Assembly: GCA_963736115.1 (NCBI GenBank)
Contig: CAVTNR010000002.1
Coordinates: forward strand, 32,001 to 96,000
DNA length: 64,000 nucleotides
From: an uncultured bacterium
Lineage (GTDB): Bacteria > Zhuqueibacterota > QNDG01 > DTFT01
Reading direction: 5' to 3'
Shown: positions 19,164-28,536 of the stretch, piece by piece
Position numbering within the stretch: the stretch's first letter is position 1
How the letters are laid out: each line of letters opens with the position of its first letter
Notes under the pieces: generated by a model
What the model was told of the DNA's origin: nothing
The model's database searches: none
What the model saw: the letters and a program-made list of their open reading frames with translations, nothing else
Program-made: the position numbers and the translations under genes

Positions 19164-20531
19164 ATGAACTGGCACAGGAAAACTCTGAAAACGAATACCG
19201 TGTGGTTTTTCATAGGCGCCGCGATCTTTCTGATCGTATACGCGCGCTCCGGAAAGGCTCTGGCCTTCAACAACAACAACGGCCGCAACCTGCCTTTTTG
19301 CGACACAACGATGACTCCCTCGTGGGACCCGCCCGGGGTATGGTATGAATGGTGCGGCCGCAGATGGTTCGTGCCCGACAACAGCCCCGGAAAAGCCGGC
19401 AGGACGTTTTATCAGAAAAAAGAACGGAAGGAACGTCTGGAAAGGGCGTATCGGGAAGCCGTCACGGCCATGATTCGGAAAGCGGCCCTGCACCGGACCG
19501 CAAAGGCGAACCGTCCGGCGGATTCAGATATCGAGATCACCTATGAGGACATGCAGACGGCCTACGCCCTTGGTTCGGACTTCATCGAATCCTATGCCTT
19601 TCCTGAAAATGTCCTGATGGACATGGGAATCGAAGATCCGGAGTTCACGGCCCCGCAGCACTGGATCCTCCCGGCGGGCCTGGACTTTTCGACCACGCTG
19701 ACGCGGAAGATCATGGATCCCGAAGACACCCCGGACACGGAAGCATCGCTCGAAGCCACGCATTGCCTCTATGCCAAGTCCCCGAATCAGGGCATCGAAC
19801 TGTACGAATACTTCCTGCTGGACGAGGACGGTCTCTGGCTGATGGGCCAGGCAATGGAAGACCTGGATTTCTTCGACTACACCGACGACGAGATCATGAC
19901 CCTTCCGCTGGATTATTACACCGATTATCAGTCCGGATCCGGGGAGCTGGAAAACTGGCAGGCGGACGGGGACACGACCTGGTACGGCGACGACAATTAC
20001 CAGGTGGACGCCTGGTATTACTGGTCCGAGGCATACGGCACCATCGAGACTCCGGATGACGGTCCGATTGAAGTCATCAAGATCGCTTATCAGTGGATAT
20101 GGTCCGATTGGGCGGTCAACGAGGAGTCAGCGGACGGCGAGGACACTCTCCTGGATTTCGACAACGGCACGGAGATCTATTTTTACAGCAAGGACGGGCA
20201 TCAGATCATGATTTCCATCGATTCTCTCGGAGTGGAGACCTCCGGCCTGGTGAAGCCGGATGCCGTGTATTATCAGAAAGTCCGGAATCCGGGCTCCTCG
20301 GTGGAGAAGGAACGCTCCGTGGTACACCCCGGGTTCCGGGTTTACCCGAATCCGACCGGAGGCATGATTCATTTCGACCAGCCCGCCAGCTTCACGCTGT
20401 ACGACGTGCTCGGCCGGCGGGTTCTGTCGGGGAAAAATGCCGACCGGGCGGATCTGTCCGGCCTGCCCAGAGGCCTGTATTTCATCAAACCCCTGAAGGG
20501 CGCGGCTCAGAAAGTGTTCGTCCAGAAATAG
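19164..20531 (+). CDS. Secreted protein with T9SS type A sorting domain
   Basis: Hydrophobic N-terminus, acidic core, VYPNPTGG...YDVLGR...LSGLPRGLYFIK. Confidence 0.8.
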   Translation: MNWHRKTLKTNTVWFFIGAAIFLIVYARSGKALAFNNNNGRNLPFCDTTMTPSWDPPGVWYEWCGRRWFVPDNSPGKAGRTFYQKKERKERLERAYREAVTAMIRKAALHRTAKANRPADSDIEITYEDMQTAYALGSDFIESYAFPENVLMDMGIEDPEFTAPQHWILPAGLDFSTTLTRKIMDPEDTPDTEASLEATHCLYAKSPNQGIELYEYFLLDEDGLWLMGQAMEDLDFFDYTDDEIMTLPLDYYTDYQSGSGELENWQADGDTTWYGDDNYQVDAWYYWSEAYGTIETPDDGPIEVIKIAYQWIWSDWAVNEESADGEDTLLDFDNGTEIYFYSKDGHQIMISIDSLGVETSGLVKPDAVYYQKVRNPGSSVEKERSVVHPGFRVYPNPTGGMIHFDQPASFTLYDVLGRRVLSGKNADRADLSGLPRGLYFIKPLKGAAQKVFVQK

Positions 20532-20612
20532 AAACGGCCCTTCATCCGTAACCGGATTGGCAAGCCCCGTTTTTCTCTGCGGGGCTTGTTATTTATAAAG
20601 AGGCGGGATCAA

Positions 20613-22172
20613 TTGAAAATTCATCCATTTCCCTGGTGGATCGCGGGCGCCGTTTTGTACGGCATATCCTGGCCCATGCCATGGGATGCGAATCTGTCCT
20701 TTCTGGCGTGGTTTGCCCTCGTTTTCCTCCTCATCTCCCTTGAAAAAGCGAAAGGATTCTGGCGGTTTGCGGGAATCACATGGGGATTCACCTTCATCTC
20801 TTATACGATCTGTTCCGGCTGGTTCCTGGACATTCCCACCAACAAGATACTCATCGGCATCGGAGCCCTGACCGAATCCTTCGGCTTCCCTCTGCCGTTC
20901 ATCCCTTTTTATTTCATACAAAAGAGGATCGGTTTCAGACGATCCGTGTTCATCCTGCCTTTCCTGTTTGTGCTCGGGGAATGGGCATACTGTTCGATGG
21001 AGCACAATCTCAGCTACCTGCTGGTGGCCCATTCCCAGACGGCGAATTGGCGGCTGATTCAATACGCGGATTTGTTCGGGTTCCTGTCCGTCACGTTCTG
21101 GGTCGTCCTGTTCAATGTCCTGCTCTATTCCGCCCTGGACCGATCGGATTTCCGCCCGCTCTCCGCGTCCTTTCTAAAACGGGCGGTCCCCTCCATCGCC
21201 ATGATGGTCTGTGTGCCCCTGGCCTATGCCGCGCTTCAAAACCATCGGCTCCGGGACCTGTCGACGGACCGGATGAAAATCACGATGATTCAAACGCGGT
21301 TCGCCCCGAAGCCGGAAGACGAACAGGCGGCGAAAAACCTGGACCGGACCGTCGAATTGACGGACTCCGTCGATTACACTCTCAAAGAGGGCGGGCTGAG
21401 CCACGACCTGGTGGTCTGGCATGAAGGCGCCATTCCGATGGGCAACAAGCCCGAGATCCGGCGTTTCGTCCAGGGTGCCGTCAATGACTGGCAAATACCC
21501 CTGCTGTCCGGGATCGAATTCTACGAGCGGTTTGAAAACACAACACACAGACAGCCCGTCAATCGCGTGGTTCTGTTCGTCCCGAATCCGGATTCGACGG
21601 ACCGGCCCCAGTATTACGACAAGATCAGTCTCGCGCCGGGATGGGAGAGCATCCCGTATCTGTCTATATTTCACAAAGCGGGGATCCGGTTCAGGAACGA
21701 GCACACGTTCCATAAAAAAGGGGATCGGGTCCGGGTGTTCGACGTTCCCGGCCGAATCCGGCCTTTCACGATCGGCACGCCGATCTGTTTCGAGCAAAAT
21801 GCCCCCTGGCTCTGGAACCGCATGGCCCGGCTTGGCGCGGAGGGCTTTGTTCAGGTGTCATTCGAGAGCTGGTTCGGCAGAACGTATTTCCAGAAACAGG
21901 TCGCTTTCATCACCCGGCTCCGGGCGATCGAGACCCGGCACAGTGTGGCGCGGTGTTCCAACGGAGGGCTTACGTTTTTCGTGGATCCCTTCGGCAGGAT
22001 TTATTCCCCGGCGCGCGGTTCGGAATCTTCAACCACGGATTTTCTCCCGCTCACCCGGACGGTCACCTTCTATTCGCGGCATCCCGTCCTCTTTCCTCTG
22101 ATCTGCGCGATCGTTTCCGCCGCATTCTTCGTCTATGCCCTGTTCCGGCCCCGCCGGCCCGTCGTATCGTGA
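20613..22172 (+). CDS. lnt: Apolipoprotein N-acyltransferase
   Basis: Multi-TM N-terminus, IQYADLFG, nitrilase triad E (WHEG), K (YDK), C (ICFE), RAIETR. Confidence 0.88.
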   Translation: MKIHPFPWWIAGAVLYGISWPMPWDANLSFLAWFALVFLLISLEKAKGFWRFAGITWGFTFISYTICSGWFLDIPTNKILIGIGALTESFGFPLPFIPFYFIQKRIGFRRSVFILPFLFVLGEWAYCSMEHNLSYLLVAHSQTANWRLIQYADLFGFLSVTFWVVLFNVLLYSALDRSDFRPLSASFLKRAVPSIAMMVCVPLAYAALQNHRLRDLSTDRMKITMIQTRFAPKPEDEQAAKNLDRTVELTDSVDYTLKEGGLSHDLVVWHEGAIPMGNKPEIRRFVQGAVNDWQIPLLSGIEFYERFENTTHRQPVNRVVLFVPNPDSTDRPQYYDKISLAPGWESIPYLSIFHKAGIRFRNEHTFHKKGDRVRVFDVPGRIRPFTIGTPICFEQNAPWLWNRMARLGAEGFVQVSFESWFGRTYFQKQVAFITRLRAIETRHSVARCSNGGLTFFVDPFGRIYSPARGSESSTTDFLPLTRTVTFYSRHPVLFPLICAIVSAAFFVYALFRPRRPVVS

Positions 22173-22217
22173 CGTCGAACCGGAACGGGGGTTCGGCCCG
22201 ACATATTGAAATTCAAC

Positions 22218-22257
22218 AACAGTGGCTCCGGGGAAGAAATCCCGGAGCCGCTGTTTT
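22218..22257. terminator. Intrinsic terminator between convergent lnt and serpin genes
   Basis: AACAGTGGCTCCGGG...CCCGGAGCCGCTGTTTT stem with T-run. Confidence 0.6.
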
Positions 22258-22301
22258 GCCCTATCCTGGCCGCGAGAAGAACCTCCCCCCAGCCGGGGCA
22301 C

Positions 22302-23534
22302 TCACTGCGGGATGGTTTCGATTCTCCCCATGAACAGCATCGTCCCGGACGTCTTCTCGTAAATCGCGAAAGCGAAGGGCCGGTCGAAGCGGATCACGCT
22401 TTCGTCCGGTCCGGCCGAAGTCTCCCGTATTTCCACGACTGTCACGGCCGCGGCCTCCGTTCCTTTCTCGTCCACCTCGACGAAGGATTTGTGATAAACA
22501 TCGCTGATGTATGGCCCCAGGCTTCCCGTGATCCGGCTGAAATCCGCGCCGCCGCCGAAAGCGACGCTCATACCCAGCGCCTTCAGTGCGTCGCTCAGGG
22601 TGATTTTGTATTCGACCTTGAATTTCGGCAAGTATAGATCCATTTCACCTTTCACGAAACTCCCCTTCCAGCCCCGCCAGGCCGCTTCCGTCCAGCCTGA
22701 GATGAACGCGTCCATGGAGGTTCCCTCCTCGGGCAGAAACAGTGCCATGGCGTATTGTCCGTTGCCATAGGCCAGTTCCACGGCCCGGAAAGCCGGCGTC
22801 CGGAAATACCCGATCTCCGCCTTCTGCGACATCATCCGGCAGGACAAGGCGGACCCGCCGTCGGGATGGAAAAAATCATCCCGCGTGGTTTTCGGATCAA
22901 ATGCGTACACCCAGGTTCCCTTGAAATACACCGCATTGATCAGAAACATCACCGTCAGCGGATCAATTTCCTCGATCATTCGGTCGATACGGCCGTGCGT
23001 GTTGTCTGAAATCCATCCGTTGATGACGTCCGGCGCAGCCGGATCGGAGAAATCCATCTCCCTGACCGCGGCGTCGAAATACCGCCGGTTCATGTCGATG
23101 AAAGACGGTTGAACCGGATACCCGAGCCTGTACCAGATGGAATTCGCAATTTCCATGACCGTTTCAGGATCCGCCGCTGGCAGAAAGTCGAGAAGACCCC
23201 GGTAGGAGGCGTTGATCTCGTCCTGGGTCATGGTCCCGAAGCCCAGCATCGTCCGCATGTCCGCCTCCGTGCGGCCCGCGGCGCCGTTCAGCGTCATCCC
23301 CAGGGCCATCGAAACGGAGAACGGGGAGACGAATACATTCTTCACACCCTCCTCCCGGCACACTTCCGCGAACAGGTTGAAGCCGAAAGCATTGGAGGCC
23401 TCGGACACACGCTTTTCCTGAGCGGTCAATTCCCGGACCGGCCGCGGATCCGCGTTCTGTATCGTGGACAGGTCGCGGTCACAGGAAACAGCCGCCAGAA
23501 CCGCGGCTGCGGCGAGAAAAGAGAATTTCTTCAT
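22302..23534 (-). CDS. Serpin (serine protease inhibitor), lipoprotein
   Basis: Lipobox LAAVSC; NVFVSPFS, NAVYFKGTW, LPKF, hinge EKGTEAAAVT, FDRPF. Confidence 0.95.
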   Translation of the reverse strand: MKKFSFLAAAAVLAAVSCDRDLSTIQNADPRPVRELTAQEKRVSEASNAFGFNLFAEVCREEGVKNVFVSPFSVSMALGMTLNGAAGRTEADMRTMLGFGTMTQDEINASYRGLLDFLPAADPETVMEIANSIWYRLGYPVQPSFIDMNRRYFDAAVREMDFSDPAAPDVINGWISDNTHGRIDRMIEEIDPLTVMFLINAVYFKGTWVYAFDPKTTRDDFFHPDGGSALSCRMMSQKAEIGYFRTPAFRAVELAYGNGQYAMALFLPEEGTSMDAFISGWTEAAWRGWKGSFVKGEMDLYLPKFKVEYKITLSDALKALGMSVAFGGGADFSRITGSLGPYISDVYHKSFVEVDEKGTEAAAVTVVEIRETSAGPDESVIRFDRPFAFAIYEKTSGTMLFMGRIETIPQ

Positions 23535-23632
23535 TCCGCACTCCTCCTTCATTGCGCCGGATGGCTGGTCAACCAATCCGGAGACCGAGGATACAAATGA
23601 ATTGTCCTATCACTGCGTCCAACCGATCCATA

Positions 23633-24695
23633 TCACCATTCACGCGTGATCCCCAGGGAAGCGATTGTTTTTCGGTAGTACAGGGCCCGGATCGGCGATT
23701 CGTTCCTGTAACGCGCGGCCCTCATCCGGCCGGTCCAACCGTTTCCGAAGCGGCGGGACAGATCCAGAAGGGCCTGGCTGTTCGTCTCATCCTCCGCGTC
23801 CGGCCGGATCCGGATGAGAGCCTCCAGGCCATCGGCGTACGTCTTCTTACGATGCGTCCAGAACGCGCGGACATTCAGGCCCCAGGGCAGCATTTTGCCG
23901 AACCCGACCTCGAAGAAAGGGATCCCGGAAGGAATAGCCGTAGCTGTTGGACCGGTTCCCCTGCATGGAAAACCGGCACATCCAAAGGGCGCACCAATAG
24001 GCTTCGATCGAAGCAGCGGTTTCCAATGTCCGATCCCTCTGACGCTTGTCCAGAAACCGCCATTCGAGTTCCGGAGATTCCAGCCCGGTGCGTCCGACCG
24101 CCCGCCTTTCGAATTCCAGGGACCTGGAACACGCCCGGAGCGACCACTTGACCGACGGCAGGGGCGAGGATTCCACGGCCGCGCTCCATTCCGAGGAGCG
24201 GAAATCGAAGGCGCTGGACGGCGTGTAGTCGAAACCTCCCGCCGACCATCCGAGCCGCACTACCGCGCGGCCGAAGAGGTTCATTCGGAAGAAGGGCGAC
24301 GCGCTCCAGGCCGCGTATCCGCGGCCGTTCCGCATGAACGTTTTGGTCCTGCCCCGCAATTCCGCTCCGGTCGAAAACACCTTCCGGAATCCGGTCTCCG
24401 CGGACAGGCCCGCGGTGTGCACATGCCGGGTCTCGGACGGGTGCTCTGAGTACACGTCCGCGCCTGCCGAATAATCCGCGGACAGGGCCAGCCGACCGGC
24501 CGGCCGGACACGGCCTCCAATCTCCGCCCAGACCCGGCCGATCCGGTCCGGAACCGCGGCGCTGTCCGATTCGAAAACATTGGAGTCGCTGAGAACCGCA
24601 AGTGAAATTCTCGCCGCGCCCTGTCCGCCTGATGCGGGCAGAGCCGTCAGAACGAGCCACGCCGGAATGAAGACGAGGGCGGGAAGCCGTTTCAT
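23633..24695 (-). CDS. Outer-membrane beta-barrel protein (one frameshift near 23917)
   Basis: Signal peptide, DSNVF, alternating strands. Removing one base restores FRDPFFEVGFGKMLPWGL... and the protein then ends SLGITREW. Confidence 0.65.
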
Positions 24696-24710
24696 CAGGG
24701 GGCCGGCCGC

Positions 24711-25712
24711 TCAGTCCGCCGCTTCCGCGGCCTTTTTCAGGAACCATCGGGCCCTGGCCGCGAGGCTGTCCGCGCGTGCGGCCAGTCTGCGCTTGTATTT
24801 CTCCAGTCGATCGATGCGGGTGTTCAGGTCAGCAGGATCGTTTTCCACGCCGGCCCCTTCCGCAAGCCAGCCGGACGGCAGTTCCGGGCCGGCATTTTCT
24901 CCGTTCAAGCCGGGCGGCACGTCGATCAGATTGCCGCGAACATCGAATGTCCCCTCTTTTCCGACCATCCCGCCGGATTCCATGCGCCGGCCCAGCAGTT
25001 CGTCCTGCTCGTTGAACAACGCGAGTTCCCGCGACAGTTCGGCTACGTTCCGCCGTACATCCCTTTCCTCGCGGAGCGACCGGATGCGGCCGTCGATTCT
25101 CAGCATTTCATCCTGCGCGGAATCAACCTCGTCCTGAAGCAGGTTCGCTTTCAGACGGATATCCTCCGGACTGTTCCACGGTTGAAGCCGCACCGGATCC
25201 GACTGCCGGACCGGCGCGGGTCCGGCCAGCAGGCGCGATTCCCACGCCATTTTCCGTTTCAGCAGATCCTGCAGGACCGAGGCGAGTTCGCCTTTGCGCC
25301 TGCTGTCCGCGTTTTCCGCCTCTTCCCGGATTCCGGCAAGCGCCGCCTGAATCGCGCCGATCAACCGGCCCACGGCTTCATCACGCCTTTTCTGGCAGTC
25401 CGCCAGGTCTTTCCTCAGCCTGTTCATCTCTCCATCGAGCCGTTGGGAGGTCTGAAGCCATTTTTCCATCTGCCTGTGCTCTTTGGGGCTGAGCATTTCC
25501 TTTGAGCGGAGCAGATCCATCTGAGCGGCAACCGCTTCGCCGTCCTTCTGAATCCGGCTCCGGACGGACTGGAGTGAATCCAACGATTTTTCAATCGAGA
25601 GGCTCAGTTTTTCGAGGGATTCGAGGTCATCCGTGCCGGTAGGACCGGATGCGTTCAGGGGATTCATCCATTGCAGAAAAAAGAGGAAGGTGATGGAATA
25701 GACTGTCTTCAT
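24711..25712 (-). CDS. Secreted coiled-coil hypothetical protein
   Basis: Signal peptide and heptad-rich E/K/L/R composition; overlaps the upstream stop (ATGA). Confidence 0.7.
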   Translation of the reverse strand: MKTVYSITFLFFLQWMNPLNASGPTGTDDLESLEKLSLSIEKSLDSLQSVRSRIQKDGEAVAAQMDLLRSKEMLSPKEHRQMEKWLQTSQRLDGEMNRLRKDLADCQKRRDEAVGRLIGAIQAALAGIREEAENADSRRKGELASVLQDLLKRKMAWESRLLAGPAPVRQSDPVRLQPWNSPEDIRLKANLLQDEVDSAQDEMLRIDGRIRSLREERDVRRNVAELSRELALFNEQDELLGRRMESGGMVGKEGTFDVRGNLIDVPPGLNGENAGPELPSGWLAEGAGVENDPADLNTRIDRLEKYKRRLAARADSLAARARWFLKKAAEAAD

Positions 25713-27121
25713 GGCGGGCCCGATCCGGGACTAATCCCATATTTTTCAAGCTTATAATAGAGCGCGCTTTCCTTGATGTTCAGCAATTTGGCCGCTCTGG
25801 CCTTGACGCCGCCGGACAGGGTCATGGCTTTTTCAAGCAGTCGTTTTTCAACCGCTTCCAGCGTGGCGTCGAGATCCATGCCGTCTTTCGCAACATCCAT
25901 GCCTTCGGGTCTGACTGCGAGAAAAGAAAGATTTTCCGAGCCGATCCGGTTGTTATCCGAAAGCACCAGCGCCCGTTCCAGAACGTTTTCCAGTTCCCGC
26001 ACATTGCCCGGCCAATCGTACGATTCGAGAATGCGGATGCCTTCCTCGGAGAGAGAGGCTCCGGGCTTCCGCATTTCCGAGGACAGCTTGCGTATAAAAT
26101 GATCGGCCAGAAGCCGGATGTCCTCCCGCCTTTCCCGGAGCGGCGGAAGATGGACGGGCAGGATGTGCAGTCGGTAGAACAGGTCCTCGCGGAAACGGCC
26201 GGTGCGCGCCTCGGCCTGCAGGTCCCGGTGCGTCGCCGCGATGATGCGTACATCGACGTGAATCGTTTCCTCTCCGCCCACCCGCTCGAATTCGCGTTCC
26301 TGCAGGACGCGGAGCAGTTTGACCTGGGTGGAGGGCGAGATGTCCCCGATCTCGTCCAGGAAGAGCGTGCCCCCGTCCGCAAGCTCGAACCGGCCCCGCT
26401 TCTGGCGGATCGCGCCCGTGAATGCGCCTTTCTCGTGGCCGAACAGCTCGCTTTCCAGAACGCCCTCGGCCAGCGCGCCGCACGCCACGCGGATGAAGGG
26501 TCCCGCGCTCCGGCCGCTTCTCTCGTGAACGGCCTGCGCCACCAGTTCCTTGCCGGTTCCGCTCTCGCCGAAAATCAGGACGGAACTGTCGCTGGACGCG
26601 ATTTTCCGGATGTCCGCGAAAACGGCATTCATGCACTCCGACCGGCCCACGATTCCCTTCTCGCCCACCCGGCCGACGAATTCATCACGCAGGTACAGGT
26701 TCTCGTCCGCCAGACGCGAGGCGGCCCGGCGCTCCGACACCAGCCGGAATACGCGGTCCGCCTTGAGCTTCAGGGCGTCTCCGGAGAACGGCTTCGGCAG
26801 GAAGTCCCACGCGCCGGCCTTCATGGCCTCCACCGCGAGATCCACCGTGCCGAAGGCGGTGGCCATCATCACTTCGGTTTCCGGCCGCAGACCTTTGATC
26901 CGGTTGAGAAGCGCCAGGCCGTCCATTCCGGCCATGCGGAAATCCGTAATCACCAGGTCCGCGGGTCTCTCCTCGAAAATCCGGAGAGCCGCGGCCCCGT
27001 CTGATTCGGCCCGCACGTCATAGCCTTCCTTCTCGAGAACGGCCGTCATGCCCTCGCGGAGCGTCTCATTGTCCTCGACGACGAGGATGCGGAATGCGGT
27101 GCGGTTGGAAGAGTCTGGCAT
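25709..27121 (-). CDS. Sigma54-dependent NtrC/AtoC-family response regulator
   Basis: Receiver (ILVVED...ITD), [36 protein letters not shown], Fis HTH. Confidence 0.95.
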   Translation of the reverse strand: MPDSSNRTAFRILVVEDNETLREGMTAVLEKEGYDVRAESDGAAALRIFEERPADLVITDFRMAGMDGLALLNRIKGLRPETEVMMATAFGTVDLAVEAMKAGAWDFLPKPFSGDALKLKADRVFRLVSERRAASRLADENLYLRDEFVGRVGEKGIVGRSECMNAVFADIRKIASSDSSVLIFGESGTGKELVAQAVHERSGRSAGPFIRVACGALAEGVLESELFGHEKGAFTGAIRQKRGRFELADGGTLFLDEIGDISPSTQVKLLRVLQEREFERVGGEETIHVDVRIIAATHRDLQAEARTGRFREDLFYRLHILPVHLPPLRERREDIRLLADHFIRKLSSEMRKPGASLSEEGIRILESYDWPGNVRELENVLERALVLSDNNRIGSENLSFLAVRPEGMDVAKDGMDLDATLEAVEKRLLEKAMTLSGGVKARAAKLLNIKESALYYKLEKYGISPGSGPP

Positions 27122-27157
27122 GGAAGCGGTCTCTGTTTGGTTGGGACGGATCAGAAA

Positions 27158-27255
27158 GTTCATGGTTCATGGTTCATGGTTCATAGAAAAAAGTAATTAG
27201 GGAATCTTCAATCATTACTTATTTTTCTATGAACTATGAACTATCAACCATGAAC
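27158..27255. repeat. Inverted heptamer arrays (GTTCATG)n ... (YATGAAC)n around an AT-rich core
   Basis: Seen directly; second element at 27454-27540. Confidence 0.8.
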
Positions 27256-27276
27256 CGTTTTTGAGCCCTTCTCACT

Positions 27277-27324
27277 CTCCAGCGCGAACACGGTTCCTTC
27301 GGGACCGGTCCGGACAAGGGAGGC
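27277..27324 (-). pseudogene. Orphan fragment homologous to the C-terminus of the kinase at 30947..32443
   Basis: SLVRTGPEGTVFALE versus SLLRSGPDGTVFVLD (10/15 aa, 31/45 nt, counted by hand). Confidence 0.6.
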
Positions 27325-27453
27325 GGACCTCGCCGGGGAAGGAGTGACTCATATGATTCTCAGTAAATTGCATTCCTTCGGCGGCTGTCCGCGGACGGGA
27401 TGATGGATAATATAACTAAAAAATGGGGAAAAATACAGAGGAAGGAAGAGAAA

Positions 27454-27540
27454 GGTTCATGGTTCATAGAAAAAAAACAATTTGGAAAAATTTGATCATG
27501 ACGTTTATAACTATGAACCATGAACTATCATCAATGAACT
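27454..27540. repeat. Second inverted-heptamer element
   Basis: GGTTCATGGTTCATAG ... CTATGAACCATGAACTATCATCAATGAACT. Confidence 0.75.
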
Positions 27541-27545
27541 TGTCT

Positions 27546-28379
27546 TCACCCGTCGCGCGCGCAGCGGAATCCATTGTGTGAGATGCCGTGATAATCGCCT
27601 TTACCGGTGCAACGGAAATCGTTGGTGCAATGAATGGCCGCGCTCAGCCAGCAGCCGCCTCGATAAATGCGATAACTGCCTTCAGCCGGTCCCTCCGGAT
27701 CGGTCTGCAGCGTGCTGTCGTAAGGGGCGTCCCAGTCCGAACACCATTCCCAGACGTTCCCGGTCATGTCGTACAGACCCAGTTCGTTCCGCATCAGCGA
27801 TCCGATCGGATGCGTCCGGTTCTCCGAGTTCTTGTCGTACCATCCCACCTGGGCGATCGAATCGCTTCCGCTGAAAGCCGTCCCTCTCGACCGGTTACCG
27901 CCCCTTGCCGCGAATTCCCACTCGGCTTCCGTCGGAAGCCGCATGCCGTAAAACCCGCAGAACGCGTCGGCGCCTTCCCACGTGATGTTCAGGGCCGGAT
28001 GATTCTCCAAACCCGGCACCGGAGCCCAGCCGCCCCCGGTTTTCTGAACCCCCCAGGGGTGCGAAAACACAAGCACGGCCCCGCGGTGCGGTCCCGTTTT
28101 CACCGTGTCGCTTCCGTATTCGAAGAGGAATCCGGCGAACTCGGCGTTGGTCACCTCCGTCCTGGAGATGAGGAAATCGGAGAGTGTCACGGTGTGCCGG
28201 CGGTCATTCCCCTTCTCGGCCGAGCCCATCTGAAACGTTCCCCCCTGAATTTGGATCAATGCCATGCCCGGGGGCTGGCGTTCCGGTTCGACGGCCGATT
28301 TCCGAATGCAGGCGGAAGCGAGAAGCACGGCAGCCGGCAGGAGCAGCCGGGGCCATTGGAGCGAACGTGAAGTGGTCAT
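27546..28379 (-). CDS. FGE-sulfatase (SUMF1/GldK-like) domain lipoprotein
   Basis: Lipobox LASAC; GGTFQMG, TEVTNAEF, RLPTEAEWEFAARGG, GLYDMTGNVWEWC, RGGCW, GFRC. Confidence 0.92.
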   Translation of the reverse strand: MTTSRSLQWPRLLLPAAVLLASACIRKSAVEPERQPPGMALIQIQGGTFQMGSAEKGNDRRHTVTLSDFLISRTEVTNAEFAGFLFEYGSDTVKTGPHRGAVLVFSHPWGVQKTGGGWAPVPGLENHPALNITWEGADAFCGFYGMRLPTEAEWEFAARGGNRSRGTAFSGSDSIAQVGWYDKNSENRTHPIGSLMRNELGLYDMTGNVWEWCSDWDAPYDSTLQTDPEGPAEGSYRIYRGGCWLSAAIHCTNDFRCTGKGDYHGISHNGFRCARDG

Positions 28380-28536
28380 TCATCTTCCTTTCGGCGTGAG
28401 TCGGTGCGGAATCGATCGTCACTCGAAACGAACGGCGGCATCCCGCTGCCGGTCCGCATGGGTCCTGTGCAGGTTCCAGGCCCGCGGGAGGACGCGTCTC
28501 CGCGCGTGCTCCCGTGTCTGTTTCCCGGCGGAAGCG

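Noticed and set aside
27546-27680. DGR variable region in the FGE-domain protein
   Set aside because: No template repeat or reverse transcriptase was seen in the window, and some variable-position codons (CTG, GCG) do not fit an AAY origin. A remote DGR cannot be excluded.
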